The position numbers and the translations under genes were made by a program. From contig JAKSVG010000004.1 of NCBI GenBank assembly GCA_024408105.1, positions 1,151 to 65,150 of the forward strand: a stretch of 64,000 nucleotides of DNA, in the 5' to 3' direction. Positions within the stretch are counted from its first letter, which is position 1; every line of letters starts with the position of its first letter. Below the pieces are notes generated by a model. It did no database searches and was not told the DNA's origin. It saw only the letters and a list, made by a program, of their open reading frames with translations. Below are positions 18,301 to 27,060 of this stretch, in pieces. This DNA comes from Bacilli bacterium (GTDB taxonomy: Bacteria; Bacillota_I; Bacilli_A; RFN20; CAG-826).

Positions 18301-18692
18301 CCATGTCCATTGCTATCAGAAACATTTGTTGTTTTATTATAAACATCGTATGACCTTGGAGATATGATTGTTCCATCAAAATCTTCATAATTCGTATTAC
18401 AACCAGTATCAATGACCGCTACTTTGATATGTTCTCCTCTAAATGAATTCCATGTTGATGAAACATTCATTCTATCGTATGTTGTTACCTTTTGAGTAAA
18501 TGTGCCATAAGAAGTCACAATACCATCTTTGTATTTTGGCTCGGTTGAGTAATCATCTACATATGAATAAGCAGGCATAAAATAGCCTTCTTCCTCAACC
18601 TTAGTAGTTTGATTTAATGGGATAGAGGCAAATATAAGTCCAAACAATACTCCAACAAAGAACTTCTTGCCTAATTTCATATATGCTTTCAT
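15303..18692 (-). CDS. Cell-surface subtilisin-like serine protease (S8) with Big_2 and other Ig-like repeats and a C-terminal membrane anchor
   Basis: Signal peptide (KKFFVGVLFGLIFASIP). Catalytic triad motifs VAVIDTG / HGTDSAA / GTSFSAPLVTG. Two Big_2-like repeats, two further Ig-like repeats and unassigned modules. C-terminal TM plus KKRHKEND tail. ATG 18692 is preferred to the TTG at 18695. Confidence 0.85.
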   Translation of the reverse strand: MKAYMKLGKKFFVGVLFGLIFASIPLNQTTKVEEEGYFMPAYSYVDDYSTEPKYKDGIVTSYGTFTQKVTTYDRMNVSSTWNSFRGEHIKVAVIDTGCNTNYEDFDGTIISPRSYDVYNKTTNVSDSNGHGTDSAACIAAAINGVGGLGISPNVELHIYKAVNSAGGFPNSALQNALRRAIDDHVDIINMSLQGYTSSFNYSYVEDLNGQTYSGTMSASSLSKSTLQNLIDEAYNTGITVVAAVGNYNTTTTCYPAANDHVIGVGSTGLNDANAKAGYSNTGSYVDLVAPGYVVVPSTSDKAYRLYYGTSFSAPLVTGAIALYKSKYPSATPAQIEAKLLATCDSLSFTGSGAGKINVANFLNDGQAEDWVATTGIELPLTESISVGGEKTLIPTFSPSNASRQSCYWSTSDSSILTVDCHGKIKGIKAGTAIITATSVDGEYTDTCSVTVGSYVPVSSITLNKHELSLKVGESDDLTATILPDNATEKEYIFISNDEDIATVSDDGHVVAISKGETTITVLSEDMEHEDTCAVKVSDDRKWYWVKDTSDLIPGDKYIIARSSEGKTIGPLSSSSLTAITSTFSSDGETITSVGTNTIEFTLGINGDYYTLANGSNLLGSGTVKSVSFSSGITDWNISFDGDGYATIQNATSTNGRIIYNTNNGSPKITTYTSNVSNTMLLPQLYRYGSQTPKVLDSISVSNQKTEYTAGDSFVKPTVTANYIGGGTKDVSSLATFSGYNLSEIGPQTVNVSYTENGVTKNATYSISVSPKPVVLDSITVKINPSKLEYEVGEYFNPTGLVITKHMSDGSSSDVNYADETSNFSFNPSLSTKLSTSHTSVSITYMEKSTSLSISVSQGEMAKGNMTISKTSFSLISGDLDSNISYSSSKGNGTTNPQIYNNGIRLYQGSSGKYGGFVTISAKNNCLIKSISFSVTGTYATSYAHGTSTSNLGASISISKSGEAVISPVDNESYVIANMGQSSSARLEIYSITVNYYSPLKAAQDWSDTFISDLHCDSTGKTSPLVSEWNTLATSYGLLDNNAKSYFTSSTISDTKILEAVNKYDYVIAKYGTSTYSNFMSRDINHSLINNNLIKIDDSNILALIIVTAFVPVSLLLGYVVIKKRHKEND

Positions 18693-18701
18693 CAATTATG
18701 T

Positions 18702-18707
18702 ATTTTA
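18702..18707 (-). promoter_or_regulatory. -10-like box (TAAAAT) 9 nt upstream of the S8 protease ATG; no SD
   Basis: Minus strand ...TTGTAAAATACATAATTGATGAAAGC. Confidence 0.3.
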
Positions 18708-18710
18708 CAA

Positions 18711-18743
18711 AAAATACAAAAAAGGTGCAAATAAATGCACCTT
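18711..18743 (-). terminator. Rho-independent terminator after the C11 protease gene
   Basis: Minus strand AAGGTGCA-TTTATT-TGCACCTT followed by TTTTTTGTATTTTTT. Confidence 0.8.
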
Positions 18744-18770
18744 AATTATTTGTAATATAACTAGTTTCTA

Positions 18771-21700
18771 TCACTTGGAAGAATACCAGGAACCATATTT
18801 TTGAACAAGTTTTCTCCAATTGGTGAGTTTTGTTCCAGTTGATGGTAGAACATCAGCATATTGTGAACTTGTTCCATCACCAGCATTATAACCAGATAAA
18901 GGAGCAAACATACATAATCCTGTTGTATTTCTTCCTGTTCCACCGCCTGCTTTGGTTTGATGTTTTTCATAACCAATTAAGTTAGCATAAGCAGAACTAC
19001 ATGCAGTGATATATGTTTGTAATGTGGAATTTGAACTATATGGGCTTGTTGTTTTCATTCTTGAAATGAAATCACCAGCGTCGAATATATCATACAGATA
19101 TCCGTCATTATAATCTAAACTCCAATTATCATCATCTGAAGTATCACAATAACCATATCTGCCACATGCATTAATTACATTAGCAAGTGTTGTCCAAGCT
19201 GATTTTGATGTAACAACACTATTATATAAATAGTTAGACATGTTTTCCCATGCAGTAATGTAAGCAGGCATATTACCAAGGTTGAGCCATGATAATGTTT
19301 GATCTTTGTCAGACCATCCTGAAACAGATGAGATGAATCCATCAACAATCTGAGTAAGGACAGTCGGAGTAGACTTACCTGCATAAACATCGTCGAGCCA
19401 TGTGTCATAATCCCATCCATCACCTGCTTCAGACTCTTGAGAGCAAACCATATAATTGAAGTAATCTGAATTTAATGTGGCGTTATCTTGAACAGCCATC
19501 AAACAAGCATCGTAGCCGATGAATTCAAATTTACTTGTTCTGCCCAATTCTGAGTATGCGCTGCTAACAGCAGAATTGAGTTCGGTAGCAGTTAGACAAT
19601 CATTTGAATGCTTTTCATCAAAGCAAACTCCGTCAAGCGCGCCACCGTGATTCCAAAGAATCAATGCAATTTTTTCGGCAGGATATGTTTCAACACCCCA
19701 CTTGATAAAGCTCTTAAGGGTAGAAGATTGTCCCATGTTTGCATCGTCAATTTGACTATCAGATACATATGATTTATTCGATAAATGGAATCTGCTTAAT
19801 TTTGAACTACTAATACAACCACCTTGTGTGTTACTCCATGATTTTGAGCCGCCTGTTTCAACGACAATGTTAACATCACTTGGTTGTCCAGAAACGGACT
19901 TGATTTCATTCAAGTCTTTTGTAGCGTATCCGCCGCCACTTTCTAGGTCAGATCCACAAATATATAAGAGAATTGTCCAATCATCTAATTGTGTTTCAGT
20001 AACGGTGACAGAACATGTTGCAGTTTTATTACCATCTACTGTTTTAACAGTAATGGTTGTTGATCCAGCGGCTTTTGCTGTAACAACACCACCACTAACA
20101 GTTGCAACTGATGTGTTACTTGATGTCCATGTAACATTTTTATTTGTTGCGTTGCTTGGTGAAATTGTTGGTGTCAATGTTTTTGTTCCACCAATAGACA
20201 TTTCAGTTGAAGTAACATCAAGTGAAACACCTGTAACTGAAATTGCTTTAACTGTAACATTGCATGTTGCAACTAAGTCGTTTCCACTAACATCTTTGGC
20301 AGTAGCGGTAATGGTTGTTGATCCAGCTACGATGCCAGTAACAAGACCTTTATTAGAAACTGTTGCAACTGATGTGTTAGTTGAATTCCAAGTAACATCT
20401 TTTTGGTTTGTATCACTTGGTGTAAATTGAAGCATTGTTGAGAAATCTATAGCCTCACCAATAGCAATTGTTTTTGTTGAAGACGAGAATGATATTGCAG
20501 TTGGATAAACTGGAGTAGCTGAACCACTCTTATATAATCCAGGTAAAAGCATTGAAGCTGATGAGTCTGATGTATAAGTAGTAAAGCGAGGGTTACTAAC
20601 GTTGTATAAGAATCTTCCAAAAGATTCTGTTGCATTTTGGATAGTTGCTGCGCCATCACTATTAATGGAAATACTCCATGTTGTTGTACCTGAACCCCAG
20701 GCTAACTTTTTAACAGCAGTTGCGCCAAGAAGATCACCATCAGCGTTTGCGAATGTCCATGCACCAGGTGTTCCACCTAGAGTCATTTCGACTGCGTCAG
20801 AAGGAACATTGGTGATTGTTGAATCATCACTGCTAAATGTTGCATCAAGAGAGGCCATAATAGAACTGGAAATATCTCCAGCAACAGCATCTTTACTTGC
20901 ACAAGCAAGATAAACCTTATCATCAGCCTGTAATTCAGAGACATCTGTAACTAAGATTGGCTCTGTAGGAATTGGTTTTGGATTAACAGTAATTGCACAA
21001 ACAGCTTTAAACGATCCATCCTCAGATGTAGCTGTTATGTTGGCAGTACCAACTGAAACTGCTGTAACCAAACCATCATTGACTGTTGCCACTGATGCAG
21101 CACTTGTTGACCAAGATACATTTTTATTTGTTGCAGTTACAGGATTAATGGTTGCTGTTAATTGAACTGTACCACCAACTGTTAATGTGTATGATGTTGG
21201 TGAAACGCTTATAGATTGAACTGGAACAGCATTAACTGTTACAGAAACATCAGCATAGATTGATACTGAATAAGAAACTCTAACTTTCCAATTTCCAGCA
21301 GTGCCAAATGGCAATGACGGATTATATTCAACACCCGCAGGTGTCATGAGTTTAACTGTTAAGCCAGCAGATGCAAATTCAGCGTATGTTTTTGGTACTG
21401 AAGTTCCATTATCAAATTGGAGTGTTGCAGTTAAGTTATTTGCGTAAACAACTGTGTCTGCTGTTGTGTAAGTGCTATTTGACATAGCAGCTGTAACACC
21501 AGTTATTGATGCTCCAACATTTAATTCAATAATTGAAGGCATTAAGTTTGCATAATTAACAGTTACATAATAGATTCCAGAGGTGCCAAATGGTTTTGTT
21601 TTATCAATAACATTTTGACCTGCTCTATCTGTTGAAACTTTATATGTATATTCAGATGGCAATACATTTGCTGATGTACCATCAGAATAATGCGCTGTAA

Positions 21701-22862
21701 CACTTAATCCATTTTCAGATGAATATATAGAAGTTGTTTTATATGAACTTGATTTTGAATCACTAGCAGTAAATCCAACTATGTCCTTAGGAATATTCCA
21801 TTCTGTTGTATTTGTTTTTTTGTAAATAAACATTGGAGTATTTGTAACATTAGTAGAACTTGATCCAGTGAATGTTGTATTTGTTGAGTTACTATGAATT
21901 ATGTAAACATATTTTGAACTACCATGATCGCAATATAACTTAGCAGCACCTGTACTAGCTGTTTGAATTTCATATGTCCAGAGATTTGTTCCACCTTTGC
22001 TTGTACCCATGTTGATTGAATAGTGAGTTCCATCAATATAGGAATATAAATCATTAGAACCATCACTAAAGATGTATTTGCCATTTGAGACTGTTACTGT
22101 CCATTCTGTAGCACTAGAACTTTCAATTACATCTCCACTAACGGTAGTCGGAACGCTATTTAAATACCAAGGTAAAGCTGAGGATTTTGCTGTAGAGGTT
22201 AATGCTCTTTTGCCACTATCAGCTGTGTTCGCACTGTTTGAACCAACAATGTAAACCTTGTCACCAGTCTTAATTTCGGTTGCAGATTTAACAACTTTGT
22301 ATTGTGTGCCAGTTGTGTGACCTTCAGCTTCTGGATTGTCAATACAAGAATATTGATATCTAACCGAAGATATATTTACAGAACCACCTGTTGCAACAAA
22401 AGAAATGAAGTATGGATTTGATGGGAGATGATATGAAAAATCATCTGTAACATCCCAAAGTTCACCCCAAGTGCTTCCATTGAACGATGTCTTGGCTTGA
22501 AGTTTGCCAGAACCAGTTGAATTCCAATCAACTTGTATATAGTCAACTGATTTAATTAATGTTTTATTTTGAAGCGAACCGTTCTGCGAAAGAGTAACGT
22601 GTCCATTTGCATATGATGAAGCTCCAGAATATTCGAATGTAATTTGCCAAGCGCCTGAGCTTGTTGTTACATCTTTTGTTGTGCCACTTGTGTATTTGTT
22701 TGAACTGTCAAGTGTTACAAAGTAATCACTGTTATCTTCACCAGCAACGTTAAATGGATTAATATTTCCGCCTGTTAAGACAAGCGTTGCTGTTAACCCA
22801 AAAACAGCAAAGGTTGATAATGTTGCAATTATCCCAAGTTTTCTTTTGTCGTTATGTTTCAT
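18771..22862 (-). CDS. Cell-surface clostripain-like cysteine protease (C11) with multiple Big_2 repeats
   Basis: 1363 aa. N-terminal signal/anchor (LGIIATLSTFAVFGLTATLVL) and at least three Big_2-type repeats (e.g. VQSISVSPTSYTLTVGGTVQLTATINP...NVSWSTS). The C-terminal ~400 aa have C11 hallmarks: WTILLYICGSDLE, ILWNHGG (His), FIGYDACLM (Cys). Confidence 0.85.
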   Translation of the reverse strand: MKHNDKRKLGIIATLSTFAVFGLTATLVLTGGNINPFNVAGEDNSDYFVTLDSSNKYTSGTTKDVTTSSGAWQITFEYSGASSYANGHVTLSQNGSLQNKTLIKSVDYIQVDWNSTGSGKLQAKTSFNGSTWGELWDVTDDFSYHLPSNPYFISFVATGGSVNISSVRYQYSCIDNPEAEGHTTGTQYKVVKSATEIKTGDKVYIVGSNSANTADSGKRALTSTAKSSALPWYLNSVPTTVSGDVIESSSATEWTVTVSNGKYIFSDGSNDLYSYIDGTHYSINMGTSKGGTNLWTYEIQTASTGAAKLYCDHGSSKYVYIIHSNSTNTTFTGSSSTNVTNTPMFIYKKTNTTEWNIPKDIVGFTASDSKSSSYKTTSIYSSENGLSVTAHYSDGTSANVLPSEYTYKVSTDRAGQNVIDKTKPFGTSGIYYVTVNYANLMPSIIELNVGASITGVTAAMSNSTYTTADTVVYANNLTATLQFDNGTSVPKTYAEFASAGLTVKLMTPAGVEYNPSLPFGTAGNWKVRVSYSVSIYADVSVTVNAVPVQSISVSPTSYTLTVGGTVQLTATINPVTATNKNVSWSTSAASVATVNDGLVTAVSVGTANITATSEDGSFKAVCAITVNPKPIPTEPILVTDVSELQADDKVYLACASKDAVAGDISSSIMASLDATFSSDDSTITNVPSDAVEMTLGGTPGAWTFANADGDLLGATAVKKLAWGSGTTTWSISINSDGAATIQNATESFGRFLYNVSNPRFTTYTSDSSASMLLPGLYKSGSATPVYPTAISFSSSTKTIAIGEAIDFSTMLQFTPSDTNQKDVTWNSTNTSVATVSNKGLVTGIVAGSTTITATAKDVSGNDLVATCNVTVKAISVTGVSLDVTSTEMSIGGTKTLTPTISPSNATNKNVTWTSSNTSVATVSGGVVTAKAAGSTTITVKTVDGNKTATCSVTVTETQLDDWTILLYICGSDLESGGGYATKDLNEIKSVSGQPSDVNIVVETGGSKSWSNTQGGCISSSKLSRFHLSNKSYVSDSQIDDANMGQSSTLKSFIKWGVETYPAEKIALILWNHGGALDGVCFDEKHSNDCLTATELNSAVSSAYSELGRTSKFEFIGYDACLMAVQDNATLNSDYFNYMVCSQESEAGDGWDYDTWLDDVYAGKSTPTVLTQIVDGFISSVSGWSDKDQTLSWLNLGNMPAYITAWENMSNYLYNSVVTSKSAWTTLANVINACGRYGYCDTSDDDNWSLDYNDGYLYDIFDAGDFISRMKTTSPYSSNSTLQTYITACSSAYANLIGYEKHQTKAGGGTGRNTTGLCMFAPLSGYNAGDGTSSQYADVLPSTGTKLTNWRKLVQKYGSWYSSK

Positions 22863-22963
22863 TTTTACCCTACCTTAAATATCAGGAATAGATATTTGAA
22901 GTATACATTAAAGTATAAAACATTTCTAGCATGTTATGTGTATATATGCGATGCAATCGGCAT

Positions 22964-22988
22964 AAAAAAGTCCCGCAAATGCGAGACT
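22964..22988 (-). terminator. Rho-independent terminator after eno
   Basis: Minus strand AGTCTCGC-ATTT-GCGGGACT (one G-U pair) followed by TTTTTT. Confidence 0.75.
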
Positions 22989-23007
22989 TATGTAACTTAT
23001 TAGTTAA

Positions 23008-24306
23008 TTATTTTGCAAATTTGAATGCTGCCATTCCAGCATATTTTGCCTTTGGTCCGAGTTCTTCTTCAATGCGGAGAAGTTGATTATATTTATTGAC
23101 ACGTTCACCACGGCATGGTGCACCTGTTTTAATTTGACCAGTAGCTAATCCAACGCAAAGATCAGCAATAAATGTATCTTCTGTTTCGCCTGATCTATGT
23201 GATGTGACTGCTGTGTAGCCAGCCTTGTTTGCCATAGTAATAGCAGCAACAGTTTCTTTTACAGAACCAATTTGGTTAAGTTTGATTAGGATTGAGTTAG
23301 CTGCGCCAACATTAATTCCGTTTTCTAATCTCTTAACATTTGTGACGAACAAATCATCACCAACGAGTTGAACTTTTCCACCGATTCTCTTGGTAAGCTT
23401 TTTCCAGCCTTCCCAGTCTTCTTCATCAAGAATATCTTCATATGAGACAATTGGGAATTTTTCAAGTAAACTTGCCCAGTGATCAATGAGTTCATCTGAA
23501 GTCATATGTTTCTTTTGTTTTGGAAGATAGTAGTAACCAACGCCTTTTTCTTCATCTTTCCATTCTGAAGCAGCTGCGTCCATTGCTAATTTAAAATCTT
23601 TACCTGGAACATATCCGGCATCCTTAATTGCCTTAACAATTTCTTCAAGTACTTCTTCATCCGAAGAAAGATTTGGTGCAAAGCCACCTTCATCGCCAAC
23701 AGAAACTGCCAAACCTTTTGCTTTTAAATTCTTGGCAAGAACATGATAAACTTCTGAACACCATCTTAAGCATTCACGGAATGATGGTGCACCAACAGGC
23801 ATAATCATAAATTCTTGTGAATCAACTGTGTTGGATGCATGGCATCCACCATTAAGAATGTTCATCATAGGAACAGGGAGTGTAACATCTCTTCCTTTTG
23901 CAAGATATGCATATAATGGTTTCTTTGCAATTTGAGCAGCAAGTTTATTGACTGCTAATGAAACTGCAAGAATTGCATTTGCGCCTAATCTTGTTTTTCC
24001 TGCAGTGCCATCAATCTTGAGCATTGCTTCATCGATTGCATCAGGATTTGAAGCATCCATTCCTTTTAATTCTTTGGCAAGAATGTCGTTAACATTGGCC
24101 ACAGCTTTCAATGTGCCTTTGCCAAGATATCTTTTCTTATCGCCATCACGAAGTTCAAGAGCTTCATAAATACCTGTTGAAGCGCCACTAGGAACTTCAG
24201 CACGAGCAAACATGCCGTTTTCTAATGTGACATCAACTTCAACAGTTGGGTTTCCACGTGAGTCGAGAATTTCACGACCGTGGATATTTTTGATTGAATA
24301 TTCCAT
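23008..24306 (-). CDS. eno: Enolase
   Basis: Full-length enolase ([24 protein letters not shown]). ATG 24306-24304 ([10 protein letters not shown]) has the SD AAAGGAA. The track start at 24333 has none. Confidence 0.95.
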   Translation of the reverse strand: MEYSIKNIHGREILDSRGNPTVEVDVTLENGMFARAEVPSGASTGIYEALELRDGDKKRYLGKGTLKAVANVNDILAKELKGMDASNPDAIDEAMLKIDGTAGKTRLGANAILAVSLAVNKLAAQIAKKPLYAYLAKGRDVTLPVPMMNILNGGCHASNTVDSQEFMIMPVGAPSFRECLRWCSEVYHVLAKNLKAKGLAVSVGDEGGFAPNLSSDEEVLEEIVKAIKDAGYVPGKDFKLAMDAAASEWKDEEKGVGYYYLPKQKKHMTSDELIDHWASLLEKFPIVSYEDILDEEDWEGWKKLTKRIGGKVQLVGDDLFVTNVKRLENGINVGAANSILIKLNQIGSVKETVAAITMANKAGYTAVTSHRSGETEDTFIADLCVGLATGQIKTGAPCRGERVNKYNQLLRIEEELGPKAKYAGMAAFKFAK

Positions 24307-24380
24307 TTTTAAAAATTCCTTTACTGATAACATAATAGTGTATTCATACTATTTTTACAAGTAAAAAATAGAAAAAGAAA

Positions 24381-24405
24381 TTAAAAAGGAGTGATAAATC
24401 ACTCC
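24381..24405 (-). terminator. Rho-independent terminator after the 232-aa lipoprotein gene
   Basis: Minus strand GGAGTGA-TTTA-TCACTCC followed by TTTTTAA, starting right after the stop codon. Confidence 0.75.
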
Positions 24406-24406
24406 G

Positions 24407-25105
24407 TTAATCGCAATAGTAGAAGGTTATGCTTTTAATCATAACTCTGCCTGGAACACCCACGCCTTCTTCATCAAATGTATCAGTAAATAGACTCAAA
24501 GTATTTGTAGGTTCAGCGAATTCTATTATGGCAGTATCTTCTTTTCCATGATCGCTAGTTTTTAAATCTAGGGTATGAATTAATGAACCGCTTTGAGCAA
24601 ATTTAAGTTCACATTCAGTATCAGCAGAAATTGTGCCTGGACTTGGATAATCAAATGATTTCCAATAAGATTCTGCAGTTACGCTAATTTTTGTAAGGCT
24701 CTTAGCAAATGCAAATGTGAATTTGCCATTATAACTACCACTTCCGATTTGAAAAGCAAGACTGGTAGAATGGTCGCCGAATGCTCCGCTTTGAATCTTT
24801 TCAGAATCTGTTATATCGCTGATAAGTCCACTTCCATTATTTAAAAAATTAATCAATGCAGTTCTATTAGAGGACTGATCGGAGCCTCCGAACTGAGTCC
24901 CACTACCAAAAGACCAATTAAAACAATTTACAGTGTAGTTACTAACAACAGGTTGAGAGGACGTTGTCGAACTAGTAGATGATTGGCTGGTTGATCCGCT
25001 CGAGCTAGTAGATGAATGACTTTCTGACGAAGTGTTTCCACTACCGCATCCAACAAGTAAAAATGATGTTAAAACAAGAGGTAATAATTGATAAATTTTT
25101 CTCAT
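24407..25105 (-). CDS. Lipoprotein of unknown function with Ser/Thr-rich linker
   Basis: Signal peptide plus lipobox LLVGC, then a SSESHSSTSSSGSTSQSSTSSTTSS linker, then a ~170-aa beta-rich module ending RVMIKSITFYYCD. SD AAGGAG. Confidence 0.7.
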   Translation of the reverse strand: MRKIYQLLPLVLTSFLLVGCGSGNTSSESHSSTSSSGSTSQSSTSSTTSSQPVVSNYTVNCFNWSFGSGTQFGGSDQSSNRTALINFLNNGSGLISDITDSEKIQSGAFGDHSTSLAFQIGSGSYNGKFTFAFAKSLTKISVTAESYWKSFDYPSPGTISADTECELKFAQSGSLIHTLDLKTSDHGKEDTAIIEFAEPTNTLSLFTDTFDEEGVGVPGRVMIKSITFYYCD

Positions 25106-25213
25106 TTTTAAAACTCCTTATGCAATAAGTATAACATAATATAGAAATCACCTAAAAATATAACTACAATAAAAATAAATAAACCTATTAGGTTCAAAAA
25201 AGGAGATATAAAA

Positions 25214-26509
25214 ATGTATCAACCGAAAATGAAGCTAACAGAAGAACAACTTGCTATTTTAAACGGCAAGGAAGGCGAAACAAAAGCTAAGGTCATGGAG
25301 ACTATTGTTCGTTATGGCGACATGTTTGAAGCCACCGAACTAGTAAAAGTTACCCATGGTCAAGGCCACTTAGTTACTTCTTTTGGCTTACAACTTCTTA
25401 CTCCCGTCTATCGAATAATGGACGAGCTCATCAATGCTGGTTTGAAAGTGGAAGATGGTTTTACCATGGATCCTAGACCAGTAGATTTTGAAAATGTTAA
25501 ATGCGATTTATTAGAAAAATTGATTTTCAAAAAAATACTTTACGGAACGCAAGGACGTTATGAAGAACAACTTAAAAAACTTGGATTAAAAGAAAAAGAC
25601 GCGTTCTCATGTGCGTGCTATTTCAATGAAATGGGTAATGTTCCAAAGAAAGGTGATGTCTTATCATGGGCAGAAAGTTCAGCAGTTAACTATGCTAACT
25701 CAGTTCTTGGCGCAAGATGCAATCGTAATTCAGGCATCATTGATATCTTTGGTTCAATTATCGGTTATGTTCCAAAATTCGGTTTACTAACCGATGAAGG
25801 AAGAAAAGCCACATGGAAAGTTGTTGTAAAAACAACCAAAAAACCAATTCCACAAATACTTGGAAGTGCAATCGGGATGAAAGTCATGGAAGATGTTCCA
25901 TACGTCATCGGATTAGATAAATGGATCGGAGAAGAACTTAATGATGATGTAAAAGACTACTTAAAAGATTTTGGAGCGGCAACAGCATCAAATGGAGCGG
26001 TCGGTTTATATCACATCGATAAAATAACTCCTGAAGCAAAAGAACTTGGAGAAAAACTTCTTGTCGATAACCCAAAAGAATACATTATTGATGACGAAGA
26101 ACTTGAAAGAGTTTACAAATCATATCCAGTAATGTGGAAAGACAAAAATAAAGAAGGCAATAAAGCATTTATTGGTTGCCCACACCTATCGCTTTCTCAA
26201 CTCAATGCATGGGCAGACAAAATCATCAATGCATTAAAAGAAAAAGGCCGTAAGAAAGTTGCGATCGAAACTGTTCTTTGCACCGCACCTCAAGTAAGAG
26301 CAAAGTTTATCGAAACTGAAAAATATAAACAACTATATGCAACAGGCGCTAGAGTAACATGCATTTGTCCACTTATGTACACCTCAAATCCACTTACAAA
26401 ACGTCATAGACTGATGACATGTTCAAATAAACTTAGAACATATACATTAGCAAGATATTACAAAGATGATGAATTGCTCGATCTCATCACCGGAAAGAAG
26501 GCAAAGTAA
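25214..26509 (+). CDS. Aconitase X catalytic (large) subunit, DUF521 family
   Basis: 431 aa. The N-terminus MKLTEEQLAILNGKEGETKAKVMETIVRYGDMFEATELVKVTHGQGH is typical of AcnX. SD AAAGGAG. Confidence 0.8.
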   Translation: MYQPKMKLTEEQLAILNGKEGETKAKVMETIVRYGDMFEATELVKVTHGQGHLVTSFGLQLLTPVYRIMDELINAGLKVEDGFTMDPRPVDFENVKCDLLEKLIFKKILYGTQGRYEEQLKKLGLKEKDAFSCACYFNEMGNVPKKGDVLSWAESSAVNYANSVLGARCNRNSGIIDIFGSIIGYVPKFGLLTDEGRKATWKVVVKTTKKPIPQILGSAIGMKVMEDVPYVIGLDKWIGEELNDDVKDYLKDFGAATASNGAVGLYHIDKITPEAKELGEKLLVDNPKEYIIDDEELERVYKSYPVMWKDKNKEGNKAFIGCPHLSLSQLNAWADKIINALKEKGRKKVAIETVLCTAPQVRAKFIETEKYKQLYATGARVTCICPLMYTSNPLTKRHRLMTCSNKLRTYTLARYYKDDELLDLITGKKAK

Positions 26510-26510
26510 G

Positions 26511-26951
26511 ATGAAAGAATTTAAGGGTCGCGTATTAGCTGCAGGAACTTATAAAGGACCGGCAGTTGTATCTCATCAAGGTGTAAACACCTTAGCCACA
26601 TTTCAAAAGTCGGCTTTAGGTAAGAAAAAAGAAGTTATCGTTGCCGATCAAAATAACCCAGATATCTACCAAAAAAATATCACTGGAATTGCTTTGTGTT
26701 TGCCTCAAACAATTGGCTCAACAACAGGTGGTATGGTCCTTGAAGTTATTTGCTCAATGAAATCTAACCCAGCATGCTTGCTTTTCTCAGAGCATATTGA
26801 TTCTCTAGCAGGTGCTGGAGTTGTCCTCTCAACCGTTTGGGAAAACAGCAAAATGATCGCAATTGACCAACTTGGAAAAGAGTTCTTAGAAACTGTCAAA
26901 ACTGGCGATACAGTTGAGGTCAAGGAAGATGGAACTGTAATAGTTTATTAA
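26511..26951 (+). CDS. Aconitase X swivel-domain (small) subunit, DUF126 family
   Basis: ATG 26511 lies 1 nt after the large-subunit stop. The sequence KGRVLAAGTYKGPAVVSHQGVNTL...LPQTIGSTTGGMVLEV...PACLLF matches the swivel-domain pattern. The track start at 26466 is an in-gene extension. Confidence 0.75.
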   Translation: MKEFKGRVLAAGTYKGPAVVSHQGVNTLATFQKSALGKKKEVIVADQNNPDIYQKNITGIALCLPQTIGSTTGGMVLEVICSMKSNPACLLFSEHIDSLAGAGVVLSTVWENSKMIAIDQLGKEFLETVKTGDTVEVKEDGTVIVY

Positions 26952-26978
26952 ACAATTACAATAAAAAATTCATTTCAT

Positions 26979-27008
26979 AGACAGGCTATGCCTGTCTTTT
27001 ATTTTCTT
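26979..27008 (+). terminator. Rho-independent terminator after the AcnX pair
   Basis: AGACAGGC-TAT-GCCTGTCT followed by TTTTATTTT. Confidence 0.85.
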
Positions 27009-27060
27009 CTTTTAATTATCTTTTATTATTTATAAAATAAAGGCACGAAAGGAAGAAATT

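Noticed and set aside
20051-20379. Exact 18-19-nt direct repeats (TAATGGTTGTTGATCCAGC at 20051 and 20309; GTTGCAACTGATGTGTTA at 20101 and 20362) as a recombination or phase-variation device
   Set aside because: They are explained by consecutive Big_2 domain repeats (periods of 86-87 codons). The identical stretches are short and the surrounding sequence is diverged.
24307-24333. Longer N-terminus for enolase (MLSVKEFLK...)
   Set aside because: There is no SD before 24333. ATG 24306 is preceded by AAAGGAA and yields the canonical enolase N-terminus.
26466-26510. Longer N-terminus for the AcnX small subunit, overlapping the large subunit
   Set aside because: The extension lies entirely within the large-subunit coding region. 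ATG 26511 sits 1 nt after that gene's stop with a GAAGG SD-like element, and the domain begins at MKEFKGRV.
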